NCBI GenBank assembly: GCA_001642005.1
Contig: LWCA01000291.1
Span: 1 to 33,522 of the forward strand
DNA length: 33,522 bases
Reading direction: 5' to 3'
Source: Intoshia linei
Taxonomy: Eukaryota; Animalia; Orthonectida
Shown here: piece by piece, positions 18,947 through 31,269 of the stretch
How the letters are laid out: each line of letters opens with the position of its first letter
Position numbering within the stretch: the stretch's first letter is position 1
Program-made: the position numbers and the translations under genes
The notes under the pieces: generated by a model
The model's database searches: none
Seen by the model: the letters and a program-made list of their open reading frames with translations, nothing else
What the model was told of the DNA's origin: nothing

Positions 18947-19639
18947 TTAAAATTAATGATTGATAATTTCCATCTTTTTTACTACATGTTTTAGATGCCA
19001 TATAGATATAGCACAACTCATTTGTTAAAAATTACTAAATATCAATCGAATTAGTTTCATCAGTTTCCATATAAAGGCTGCAGATGCAAGTTAGTCTCCA
19101 AAAATTAAATTGTTCAATTCTTAAATTTCAAAATTTACGTGTCCAATTTATTCTTCTTATTGTCTTTTCAAAATACTATTTTGTATAAATTTGCTTGTGA
19201 TTTTTGTATTTGAAAATTTTTAGTTTTAAGTTTAGGAATTTGATATTTGTTTTTGTCGTTTTGGGTTAAAATTTTTATGAAAAAATAAATAAACAATTTT
19301 AGATGGAATACAAGTTTTATTTGTTTGTTATATACACTTTTTATATATGAAAACAAGGACTATCCGATCTGTATTTATTTGAAAAGTGTTTTTGTAATCA
19401 CTTTTTGTTTTAATGAGTGGTAAATAAATGTAAATCAATTTGTTGTCTACAAATATTTAATGAGATCATTTCAACTTTATTTCAAAATAGCTTGACTGTT
19501 ATGTACATTATTGTACTTGTAACAGACAGCAGTTAACATTGCTGAAAGCCGATTTTTTAATTGATTATACACCAGGGTACTCAAAATTTTAAGGATAACA
19601 CCCTTAAATAAAAAATATAATTTAAAATTGAATAGATAA

Positions 19640-20800
19640 TTTTTCGAGTAGTGGTAAAAATGTGTGTCTGTTTATATTTATTTGTTTATTTATTTAAGAA
19701 AGTAAGAGGAGTCGTTATTACAAATTACATATTTCTATTACAGTTTTTCCAGAGTGATGTTTTATCGCAAACTTCAATTTCAGAAATTGGGTCCTTCAGG
19801 TTTAAAATTTCAATTGTCATTTTTTTTAAATTAAAACCGATCTATAATTATAAAAAATACACAATATAATAGAAAGTTTAAAATTCGTCAATATTATGAT
19901 AATTTTCATTTTCAAAATCTTATATCTTCACGGTCAAAATCCGAAATTAACTTTTTTTGTAAAAATGAAAAGTCCTACAATTTTATTCAACATAAATTCT
20001 AGAATGATTTATAACTTCATAAGCATTAATATAAATTACAACCCCAAAAAAAATCATTTTCACCGTCAAAAACCTGATTACCTTTTTTTAAAAAATAAAA
20101 ACATAAAATAAATAAATGAAAAAATATTGCGGATGATACAGTTATATCCAGTTAACACACACAAAAAATTTCAATCTGATTAAGTGACGCCTTCATGATA
20201 TTAAAGCACTTTAGTATTCATTTTTTTGTTATACTTATGTTTCAAAATTGATGTTTTATTGCTGTATTTAATAACGAGATACTACTGTACTGTATTATTA
20301 TATTTTATTAACAGTAAATGTCACCTACAGGTAATCTACAAAAACGGCACACATTTATAATTACGTACTTATCATAATTAATCATAATAATAATTAGGTT
20401 AATCTTATGAAATCTTAACTTATATAATATTCTACGCGATTTTTGTTTGTGTGTCTGTGTGTGTTACGATTTATTTAAATAACTACCTTCTTAGAATTTT
20501 ATAAAGTCCACATTTCAATTACAGTTTTTTTCGGGACGTATATTAAGATAAATTTTAACCTCCCAATTTCACATCTTACGGGTCAAAAACCCCAGTTGTC
20601 CCTCTTTTTAAAAATCAAACGAGTTGGAGAATTTAAAAAAATATATAAGCTGATACAGATTTTAAAATCATAAACATTACCATAAATTTAAATTTAAAAA
20701 AATTATATCTTCAGGGACAAAACCCCAAATTACCCTTCTTTTTTTAATAAAAACAGCCCTAGAATTTCAAAAAATTTACAGGTTGTACAGTTGTATCCTG
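19640..20800 (+). mobile_element. Two adjacent Helitron-family fragments (19640-20230; 5' end at about 20413-20800)
   Basis: A|TCTTAACTTATATAATATTCTACGCG at about 20413, plus the same internal modules as 4327-5260 and 13291-13830. Confidence 0.7.
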
Positions 20801-21299
20801 AAATAAATAAATAAAATAAATTTAAAAGTAAAATATATAATCAAAATTCGGAGGTTATGTTACGATTAGGAACATCAGAAACTTTACCGAGATTTCAATT
20901 ATTAGCAACAAAAAAATGCCAAAATTCTTATTAATTATTAACTGTTTTAAACACTACCAAAATTTTTAATTATCATTAATTAGATCAGCGGTTCCCAAAT
21001 GGGGTACTGTGACCCTAATGTGTACCAACATTATTTTGGGATATCAGCTCGTCGATACTATGACTCATAAATTATAGATGTTTTTTTAATTTCCAAAACT
21101 AATAAAAAATAAAAATTAATTTGTAACAATACATATATACTTTTTACATATAATATTTATATATATGTAAATGTATATTGTATACTTAGTTCCTTATGTA
21201 TTTACGTCTATTTGATAGTCTCTGCGATTTTAAAGTTGCATATTAAATGTATGTACGTCACTATTTTGTCAGTTCAATCACACTCTACAACATTTTTCG

Positions 21300-21640
21300 A
21301 AAAATTTTAAAAGAGCAGAACCAAATTTAGTTTATGGCGTTCCTCATGTTCATCAGAATTTTTTTAAATTAATATTTTCTTTAACATAGCATAAATAGCA
21401 ATCATCACTGGATTTAGGTGGAGACCAAATCCTGGATGAATCGAAAAATTTATTGCTATTCATAACATGCCTGTAGCAAAATGCACAACATTTTTTTTGA
21501 GTCCATATTCTTGTTGAATTTCTCTATAAAAGGATGTATATTTATTACCTACTTTAGTCTCATTTATATTGTAGCTCCGTTTGCTTTTGAATATTAATCT
21601 ACACCACAAATTAAACAAAAATCGTTAAAACATAAGGGTC
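21300..21640 (-). pseudogene. Degenerate Chapaev3-like (CMC) transposase N-terminal Zn region
   Basis: NDFCLICGV ... KCCAFCYRH ... SRIWSPPKSSDDCYLCY with stops and frameshifts; resembles the Chapaev3 FCYICG...CxxC...WREP....DCYFC signature. Confidence 0.55.
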
Positions 21641-22333
21641 TTTAGTATAGTCTTTTCCCTTTTGCCTCTTTTTTCTTAGACGAACACATTAATGAGATAA
21701 ATTCAAAAATGATCCAGCAGCCTTATTTGACACTTTTTTTGAATCAGATAGTCAAGTTGAGTTTCTCAACCTTAACGTAACCGCGCTGTTTCAGTGCTAC
21801 TTGTATAATGGCTTTTATCAGATAAAAATGAATTTTCAGAATAAATGTAATCATTTTTATTGTAGCATCCGCTTTGTCTTTTCACATAATTACTTTCTTT
21901 ATTTAATTGTTTTCTTGATACTTTTTTTTAAATCAATTTTAGGATTGTAAACATGAGGTTGAGAGGAAGAGCTACCCATGCACCCACTCTTCTTCTTTGA
22001 ACTTCTAAAAATTGTAAATTTTCAATTATTGCATTTGATTGATTAGATTTAGCACACTGAAATAAATTGTCTAGATTTTGTATAAAATTTAATTCTATTT
22101 CTGTATGACAGTTACATTAACCACTCGATACTCATTATATAGTTTTTTGACTTTAAAGTTGATTCTTTGTACGCTGAATATATTTAATCCTGTTTTCATT
22201 TCATGTTGTAAATATTTCATTTGTAATGCATCGAAATGCTAGTGATTGGTTATCTTTGTTTAGTTTTAACAACCTTCGAAGCACATTCCTATTTGTAGGA
22301 AGTTTATAAAAGTCAAATAAGAATCCTATAAAT

Positions 22334-22466
22334 CAGTGCTTTTCAACCAAGGGGTCGCGAAATTTATCAAGGGAGTCGTGAGAATTTTAAAAATTTATGA
22401 ATACATTTATTTATTTTTTTTATGTTTATAAGAGGGTCGCGAACACAAAAAGGTTGAAAACCACTG
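22334..22466. mobile_element. hAT MITE (133 bp)
   Basis: TIRs CAGTGCTTTTCAACC / GGTTGAAAACCACTG; perfect 8-bp TSD CTATAAAT; internal GGGTCGCGA motifs. Confidence 0.9.
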
Positions 22467-23040
22467 CTATAAATGGTCCAACAATTTTATCTCCACTTAT
22501 TTTTCTTATATCTATAATTATTTATATACATTATATATTTAAGGTTTTTTATCCGTAAAATTTAATAACATAACCACATATTAATGAGCTATCATGTTTT
22601 TTTTATTATAATAAAAATAAACCTTTTCTCATATTGTAGCTTAAAAATAAAATGTGAAACAAATAAAATTGACAAAATTAGATTAACAATTTTTCATGAC
22701 TAAACTATTAAAAATACAAGAAAACTAAAATAAAAAGGTTAAAATAAATAAATTATGTTTTAAAATAGAGTAAATAATGTTTAAAAATATATATTTTAAA
22801 CATGTTTATTTTTATAAAGTGTAATAAAGTAAAGTCGAATATTACAGTTAAAAATTCTAATAATATCATAATTTTGTTATACACATTACATGTATTAGTA
22901 AATTAGTAATTACAATATAATTCGACACTATAAAAATATTCCACTTTCAAACTTCCCGAAAATTTGATTGCACTAACTCAACTATGTATATTTTAATTGA
23001 ACATGAAAATAACGTCTAATAAATGCATCATATGTTATAG

Positions 23041-23534
23041 AAAGCCGTTGTAAGCCACTTCGTGGCCCAGAGCTAAGCAAAGGACTGGAGGCCTTGGAAA
23101 TTTTTGAGCGAAGCGATAAAAAAATTTTAGGGGTTTTTTTTAGAAGCCTCTTTTTTGAAAATTAATAAGAGAAAATCAAAGATTTCCTATTTTCTTTTTT
23201 GAATATTCACTTAATAGAAAGGTTTTAATGTTGAATATTATCATTTGAAACAGTTTTTATGTCAATATTATATGATAAACATTGTAGAATATATTTTAAA
23301 TTGAATATTTACCAAAACTTTGATTCTTTAAACTATTTTCTTTCTAGCTGTTTGAATTCCCACACTTCAAAACTTATAAACTGTTTCTTAAGATGAAAAT
23401 GTGAGGTATTTTTTAATAAATTGGTGGCCTCTTTTTAAGATATAAGTGTGAAGTACTTTTATTAATTTGGGGCCCTTTTTTAATGACTGGCCCTGGGCTA
23501 CAGCCCATATTGCCCATGCCTTAAAACGGCTCTG
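23041..23534. mobile_element. hAT-like MITE (about 494 bp)
   Basis: Perfect 8-bp TSD TGTTATAG; ends AAAGCCGTTGTAAGCC / GCCTTAAAACGGCTCTG; GGCCC subterminal motifs. Confidence 0.75.
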
Positions 23535-24172
23535 TGTTATAGATCATATCATAACATTATAGAATTCCAAGTCACGCATACATACAAATATAACTGATGA
23601 ATATATACGATATATATATTATTAAAGATGCTTGATCTATAGATTATATAGTTTTCCATGTTGACAATAACATGACCGTGTCCCGTAGAGTGCATGTTTT
23701 ATTTATCAATTTTAATCAATAAAAATTATGAATCAATAATGTCATTGTTAATTAACAGACACAGAACACTAATATATTTTTTTAATATCATGTGATTATA
23801 TAAAATTTACGTAATTATAATCGATAAAAAATTCTATCCCACTGAGCTAATTGACATATTAAACATAATTGTATATTTAATTTAACAAAGTGTTGATAAT
23901 CAGTTATCATGTTATTAAAACCGTTCTTTAAGCTTATAATATTATATTAACAATATTATTATGTAGGTAACTACACTGTAATAATAATAAGTATAATTTC
24001 GTAAAAATTAGTAGGAATCATAAACAGTTGACATAACGGTACAATAACAAATTAAATAAACACTTTAATAGTAAAATAATGATACAAAGGGTTTAAAACA
24101 ATGGTAATATTATATCAAACATTAAAAGATCCGACTTAAAACGGTACATTAAATTAAATTGAAAATTTTTCA

Positions 24173-25376
24173 TTACCATTTTTTTGGTGTAGTAGATAAA
24201 AATGAGAATTTTCGTTTAGAATTTTGATACAATTTGGAATCTGGATAATGAAAATTTCGTTGAATTTTAAAATTAGGTATTAGATAAGAATTTTCATGTT
24301 GCTTGATTGAAAGTTGTAAATCTTTATTTTGATTGTTGAAATTATAGCTTGAGGTCATGTCCATAATTGAAACATTTAAGCTTTTATTTTCATTCGATAT
24401 CAAGTAATAACTGGAAGTATCGTTGAATGTATTTGTTTGATTATTTTTGTAATGAGAAATGTAAGAATTCAAAGTAGTTTGCATTTGAGAAATTTCTTTA
24501 TTAAATTTTATTCCTTTTGGATGTTTCAATTTTTCGTATTGTTTTACAGATTCACATTTCATTTCTACACGATTTACTGAGATGCCATATTTTTCATCTA
24601 AATGTCTAATTTTTCGTCGACCTAATACTTTTACTTTGCTTTTATTGCTACCTAAAAATTGTTCTTTTTTTTTTGACGAGTTTACTATTTTTGAATCTAA
24701 TCATAAAATATTAAATTAAAAAATTAAAAATTAAAAATCAATAGACCGACAAGTTTTGACTTTTATCGGTTATTTAGATTAGTGTCCACACTTTATTATT
24801 AAATTATTGTTAAAAATTAAATTGATTTAAAATTTTTTTTCATTTACTCAATATTATGTAAACATTACCTTTTATCGATGCAACGTAGTTTGATTCCAAT
24901 TTAGACAAAGAAAATGATATATTTTTGATATAAGTCATATCGTTTAAAAAACTGTTATTAATACAACTATTTTCCTCGTACAATTCAACTATATTGTCAT
25001 TTTCATAATTATTATTTTTAATGGCCATGGATCGATTATAGTTAATCTTTGAAGGAATGGGTGGCACAACATCTTTGTTATAAAAAGATATCGGTTGAAA
25101 GAGTGAATTCAAAACTATTGTTTTGATGTCTTCAATTTTTTTTTCCTTTTTCATCCATCTTGACATTAAGCTTTTTTTTTGGTTTTTTTTTAAATGCTTT
25201 GTTTTAGAAGTCAATTTTTTTTTTAAACTTTTCTTCTTTGTATTTTTTTCTTTTTCGTAATCGTAGCTGAGGTCTACGTTCTGCTTTGTTTGATTAATTT
25301 CCATTTTCTTCCATTTTTTGGTCTGGTTCAAATCTGTAATTAGTTCGTAAGGTACGTTTTCAATAGTAGTGTTCAT
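24173..25376 (-). CDS. Lys/Asn-rich hypothetical protein, 2 exons (25376-24869, 24696-24173), about 343 aa
   Basis: Two long minus-strand ORFs join in phase through a 172-nt GT-AG intron (AAA G|gtaatg ... gattag|AT TCA). No recognisable domain. Confidence 0.6.
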
Positions 25377-26147
25377 TGTGTCTGTTAATTAGCTTTTTAT
25401 TTGTGTCGAATATAATGCAATATGTAAATATTGTATAAGTTTGATGCAAGTTCTGAAGGTTTGTAAATTTATTTCAAATATCAAGTTACTTTATCTATTA
25501 ATTTCAAATTGTGATATTTTAAAACAGTATAAATATAATATGATTGTATTTATCTTTCCGGTGAATCAGAATTGTTAATTATGTCAATGTCTCGATTCGT
25601 ATTGGTCAATGTAATGTTATTTAACTAACGTGACTTATTTTGATTACGCTTGCCTTAATATATATTAAATATGTGTATTGATTATATCACTAATGGGCTT
25701 GGATTATTGTTGTATATTTTACTCTATGTATTTATGTTTTCTATATAAACACGCCTATTATTTATTATTTTGTGTATAATGGAAAAATCTTGTTTACAGT
25801 AAATATATTTACAATATTGTTTATAAGATTGATAATCTCACAGTGTGAAACCCACATTTTATTTAGTATTTAATATATTGTATTTCAATTATTTACGTCT
25901 ATTTAATTATTTTGATGGTTTTTATTTATAATTACTTTTAATAACTGTTTTATTATAACCGTTTGATTCTAACTGTAAAAGTAACAGAATAATAGTTAAA
26001 TTTTATTTGAAAGATAAAACCTATATTTTGAGATAATTTATAATAAATAATTAGTGAATATACATTTTAGTTACTTTCAATGAAAACTCTACCCACCAAT
26101 ACGATCATCGGGTATAAAATTTAAAATTTATATAAAACACACTTACA

Positions 26148-26210
26148 TCCTTACTTATATGATATGCTATGCAATATTTTTGTGTGTGTGTTATTGTTTA
26201 TTTCAACAGT
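26148..26210 (+). mobile_element. Helitron 5' end fragment
   Basis: A|TCCTTACTTATATGATATGCTATGCAATATTTTTGTGTGTGTGTTATTGTTTATTTCAA, nearly identical to 13293-13350. Confidence 0.7.
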
Positions 26211-28032
26211 ATATTTATCAAGTATGTACATTGTACAACCTGAAACCATGATAGGGTTTATGTGCGGTTGGGGGCAATCCATGTAATCATAATAATTTTG
26301 TTTTATTTAGCAAAATTTTATAATATAATTTGTAAAACTCGAATCATGTTACTTTCTTAAAAAACTCGAACAAACAAAATATTTTTAAATACTAATGTAA
26401 TAATTTTATTTTTATCTTTAATAATGATTGTGGACCACGTTGGGCATTACTGGTTTACATTACTATAAATTTGATAGTAAAAATCAAATTATTTTTGATG
26501 GAAACTTAAATATTATCGTGCCTTAGACACAATGGTGCCCACTGGCACCAGGAGACGATCCTGATATAATGTATGCAACTGCAGGTCGTATCCGACTCTA
26601 ATCCTCTATTTCTAACTACATGGTATTAGGCTCAAGGTGAATTTGATTGTATCCCATCTTTGCACTTATTTTATACCGTAATATATTCACATATTTGGAT
26701 TTACATAAATTGTTATTACAGGCATAATATATATTATTTACATTTAAACATAAATAACGGACAAGAGTTGCAAAAGTAATATACAAATTTCGTTGACTAT
26801 TCATTACTAAACATTTTATAATTGAATTATTAATTAATTTCTTTTTGTCACAAAATAATTACTTGTGTACATTAATAACTGTATTAACTTTTGAATGAAT
26901 TTAAATTACTACAAATTAAACCTCAAGGCTAAAAACAGACAATTTAAATTGTACAATGTAAAATTTGTCAACTTGATTTATATTGATGAAAGTAATATAA
27001 AATAGGAATAATTTTATTTAAATTGTTAAATCTACTATTTTACATTTTTATATATGAAATTTGACCAATTTAACTAAATTATATAAAAAATAACATTGAT
27101 TAAATTTATCAAGTGAAAATAGCGAGAAGTAAACTGGAAAAACTAATTGGATTATTACAATGTCCTTAAGTACAATCCAAAAAAATTGTAATTTGAAATA
27201 AAAATATTGTACAAAGCAGTATAATTATGTGACAGGTATCCCATTGGGTCTAAATTATTAAAGCTTAATTTGGCTAAATATTAACTTTTAGATTTTGATA
27301 CAATAATGTATAATAAATCAAAATAATAACAATGTCATATGAAATTCCATGTATACTAACAATAAAATTTATCTTGCTGTGATAATGTATAATAATAATG
27401 TATAAGCAATTTGTATTCTAAAATATAATGGTGTCGATAATCGGTTGTAAATTTGTACTCGTGTCTTGTCAGATTTTTTTAAAAGTTAACATTTTAGTGA
27501 TTTTTTTATTAAAATTTTTTCAAATTTGACATTTTAATTGTTACCTTCTGAAATGGGATGTTTATTTGGTTATATTTTGCAATTTAGACAATTTGTATTC
27601 CATTGTATTTTTGATTGCTGTTTAGTCAAAACGTAGTTGTATGAATGTATGGAATACAATATTTATTTGATTATACCGTTGATTTCATATATGAATGGAC
27701 ACGTTTTAAAAATGATTTTAAACTAAAACATCAAAAAGGAGTATTCTTGACATTAAACGTGAATTAATAAATTGGAATATAAAAGATGAAGTGTTTGAGG
27801 TTGAAATTTATGATAATGCTCATCATTTAAAAAAATTGTCCCATTATTCGTGTTTTTTAAAATTAAATGACTCTTTTAATTTTAAAAATAAAGCGTTATT
27901 TGAGGTTTTGTTCGTGAAGATGATAATTTTTAAGTTTAAAATTAATCTTATTTTTTACACCGAAAAGATTTACTGATAATTTATGTTTTTGAAATTTCTG
28001 GGATTATTATTTTTCTCAATAAATGGTTACGC

Positions 28033-28105
28033 CTGTGATTCTTAATCGCTACACCGCGGCGCATTGGTGTGTCATGAGTAGAGTTCAGGAGCGCCGCAAA
28101 AAAAT
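28033..28105 (+). mobile_element. hAT MITE left-end remnant
   Basis: CTGTGATTCTTAATCGCTACACCGCGGCGCATTGGTGTGTCATGAG...GCGCCGC resembles CAGTGxTTCTCAACC-type ends with GTGCCGC subterminal motifs. No matching right end seen. Confidence 0.45.
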
Positions 28106-28393
28106 TTGAGTTGATTTTATAAATATTTAAAAATTAATTTCAAACTTTTACATTGACCATTCTTTTATTAACATTTTGAGATTTAACATAATGTATTAGT
28201 ATTAACATGTAAATAATGTTTGAAATAAAAAAATTTGATATTTAATATCATTGATAAAATACTATAATTTTAACTGATCTTTTAAATCCATCTGTACGGA
28301 AGCTCTTTACCTATGACTGTGATTTTCAAATTTTACTCTAATAATAATTTAAAATAATGTACAAATAAATGAAATATTTATGTTGCTAATTCT

Positions 28394-29736
28394 TCAATTT
28401 TTTTCAGCATTTTTTACTTCTTTTACTCTTACTTCTTCAGTCAATTTTTCCGTAGCAATTTTTTCCGTGCCTTTTTGAGCAGATGTAGCGATAATGATAA
28501 TAATTATTATTAATATTACGAGCAACACAACTCCTATTATTAATTGAGATTTTTTGTGTTCCCACCACATCTTTTTCTTGACTTTATTTGCTTTTTTCGC
28601 AAAAGTATCCGACTAAATCTTTTGATTATATAATTTAAACGATATTTTTAAAACAGTGGACCGGTTGACAGAGACGATATACCATACTCAAGACCCGAAG
28701 AAACCGATGATATTCATGAAAGGCCGACTATTTTAATTTATTAATAGGTAATGTGGAAAATTTCTTATTTCAGGGAAATTTTATGATTTAATAGTCAATC
28801 ACCAATGTGATTTCTAAATGTTATTTTTAATTTTTAGATCAATATATAAACGTCCTATTTTTAAAAAAAAATTAGTTGATTTCTACAATTTCTATTTTAC
28901 CCGGAAATAATGTAAGATTGTTAATTAATTTTGATAACCTTTTAAAAGATTTGCAAGCTGAGGAAAAATTTTGGCTTACAGCTTTAAAAATATTAGTCAA
29001 ATGAAATAAAATGGTGAAAATTTCTTAGTATCAATCTTTGTCAATCCAAATATCGATAATCCGGACACCCTAATTAATAACAATAATATTTTTTTTGTTT
29101 ATCATGTCCTATTTGGTTTTGTCCGTTAAAAGGTTACCATGTCCAATTTAATTTTTTCATCTTTTTTTTATGCATTTTTTTGATATTCATTAATTCAAAA
29201 AACACAAAAAATGGTCATTTTTTTTACTATTGCCATGAAAGAGACTAATTTTGACAAAACGTGTTCCTTGGGTAAAATGATACACTGTATTGTATGAATA
29301 TCTAATTTAAATAGAACATTTTGTATCATTAAACCACACACAATCATTTGAATTTATACAAGTGATATCAGGTGGCATATTTTAGTCCCTGAAATGTTCG
29401 ATAAATATAAAAAATATAATATTACACTTATGGCTAAAGCATCGGCTCGACTGTTCAATTCATCTAAATTATTTCCTCGGTTTGTTGCTTTATTTATGTT
29501 TTCACTCATTTGGCCCTTTACAGCATCTACTTGCATATTCAAATCATGTACATTTCTACCTATACGTGACGTTACAAAATGATATTAAAAAGTATATTAT
29601 ATTAACATCAGACTCTTTAAATAAACTTTTAAACGAAAATTTTTGGCATTTGCACTATTAGAAATGCTAGATCTGACCAATAATTTTAATGTTATTTTCA
29701 TATTAAATTAAAAAGTTAACCTCTGCCGTAAGACAT
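28394..29736 (-). CDS. Synaptobrevin/VAMP-family R-SNARE, 3 exons (29736-29721, 29559-29426, 28612-28394), 122 aa
   Basis: MSYGRGRNVHDLNMQVDAVKGQMSENINKATNRGNNLDELNSRADALAISSDTFAKKANKVKKKMWWEHKKSQLIIGVVLLVILIIIIIIATSAQKG...: zero-layer Arg in RG..L..L..RADAL, polybasic + WW juxtamembrane motif, TM helix. Intron phases are consistent. Confidence 0.92.
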
Positions 29737-29939
29737 GTATTTATCTCAAAGTATGTTCAATTTATTGCAATATTTACACACGTAAATGATAGAATATTAA
29801 TAAACCTTTATTAAATTGTGTATTTTTATATTTATTTACTTTAAATTTAAATTAAAATATGTTTAAATTTACATTTTTGAAGCTTCCACTATTCGCCAAT
29901 TGGAGAATTCAAACCATTTAGAATCTAAATTTTAGCTAA

Positions 29940-30128
29940 TTTATTTTTTAAACAAACGTGAAAATTGGGTTTTTGGCCCTGAAGGATTCAACTTCGGAAA
30001 CTGATAAATAAATACAAACACGTCCTGGAAAAACTGTATTATACTTTAGGTTTTATTAAATGCTACGATTGTCAATTTTTTAAATAAACGGTAACACACA
30101 TACAAACATTCAATTTTATATAAGTAAA
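29940..30128 (-). mobile_element. Helitron-family 5' fragment (diverged)
   Basis: Minus strand reads CTTTACTTATATAAAATTGAATGTTTGTATGTGTGTTACCGTTTATTT...ATACAGTTTTTCCAGGACGTG...CCTTCAGGGCCAAAAACCCAATTTTCACG. Confidence 0.6.
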
Positions 30129-31269
30129 GTACTAACATTGGGTAGTAATCCGACCTGCCAAAATATCAGAATCTACCACCGGCCCGTTACCCATCATAAG
30201 GTTGACAATACCTGCTTTAGTTCACAAATGGTTCTTTATATTATGTTAACAAAAATTTATTTATTTATTATTTATTTTATTATCTAAAATGTAAGTCACA
30301 AAAGCCATGAGAGAAATTTATTGATTTATTTTGAAAAATGGTTAAAGAATAAACGCAGGTTGAGTAAAAAATAAATCTTATGGAGCGAATAACAGAATCG
30401 TCAAATAGAGTAGGTTGTAGTTGAATTTATTTTGTTAATTGAATTTTTTGTGATATTTCTATTTTGTTTTTATGATTTTCATATAGTCACAGTTCGTCAG
30501 ACGTTACACGACAGACGTTACACAGTATGTTTCACATACTCCGTTATCCGTCAAAAATCTTTCAAAATAAATAAATAAAATGTCTTCATCCTTATCCTGG
30601 TTATAATAAAATTTTTCAAATAAAATTAGTAACTGGCAAAGTGTGGAAAGAATACTCTATATTATACAGTGTATAATATATAAGTTCTCAGAATTTTTCA
30701 TCGATCTAGAATCTAGATGTATATTAAAGTGCTGCATTCTAAAATTGTTGTATATTGCGATTACCATGACACTTGCTTCGATTATTCTCAAAAATTTATA
30801 ATTCCCGAATTTCCGTAATATAAATTAAAATTTATTTTAGTGTAACCAACATTACCAATAATGTTGTCTTCTAAATTTACTAAATATATATGTTGTTAAA
30901 ATAATAAATTAATATTCTAATGTTGAAGATACACATTTTAGCCAATGAAACCTATCGTATAATACTTGCAATTAAAAACTGTATCTGAATCTGTTATTAT
31001 TAAACTTACAAGACACTTAGTTTTTATTCTTTAGTCGCAGATAAAAAAAAGATAAACCAATTTTTGCGTAAATTTTGTACAAAGATGAATATGTAAAATT
31101 TACGTCACATTTGAAATATACATAATATGTTTTACATATTAATTGTAATTAAAATTACATGAAAACTAAAAAATTGTGTAGATTTATAAGTTAAACAAAG
31201 TAACAAATCTATTATATTTTTCTCATATCTAGGTAATTGTCAATAAAATAATAAATGTAAGCAGAAATA

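Noticed and set aside
19040-19070. CTGATGA hammerhead-core-like motifs (also near 21350 and 23594)
   Set aside because: No stem II followed by GAAA and no flanking helices.
19168-20111. ORFs 19168-19356, 19651-19869 and 19896-20111
   Set aside because: Low-complexity F/I/K/L translations of AT-rich upstream or Helitron-module DNA.
24746-24792. Possible extra microexon in the orphan gene intron
   Set aside because: Including it with the obvious AG/GT sites introduces a stop or frameshift; direct splicing is already in frame.
29394-29582. 62-aa plus-strand ORF
   Set aside because: Antisense to VAMP exon 2.
30135-30215. GC-richer hairpin (TGGGTA...TACCCA) as a possible snoRNA or miRNA
   Set aside because: It ends in GGTTGACAATACCTG, a hAT-like terminus with CCGAC/CCCG motifs, so a MITE remnant is more parsimonious; no clear H/ACA or C/D boxes.
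30759-30773. X-box (RFX)-like ATTACCATGACAC upstream of SPAG17
   Set aside because: Too degenerate relative to GTTNCCATGGNAAC to call.
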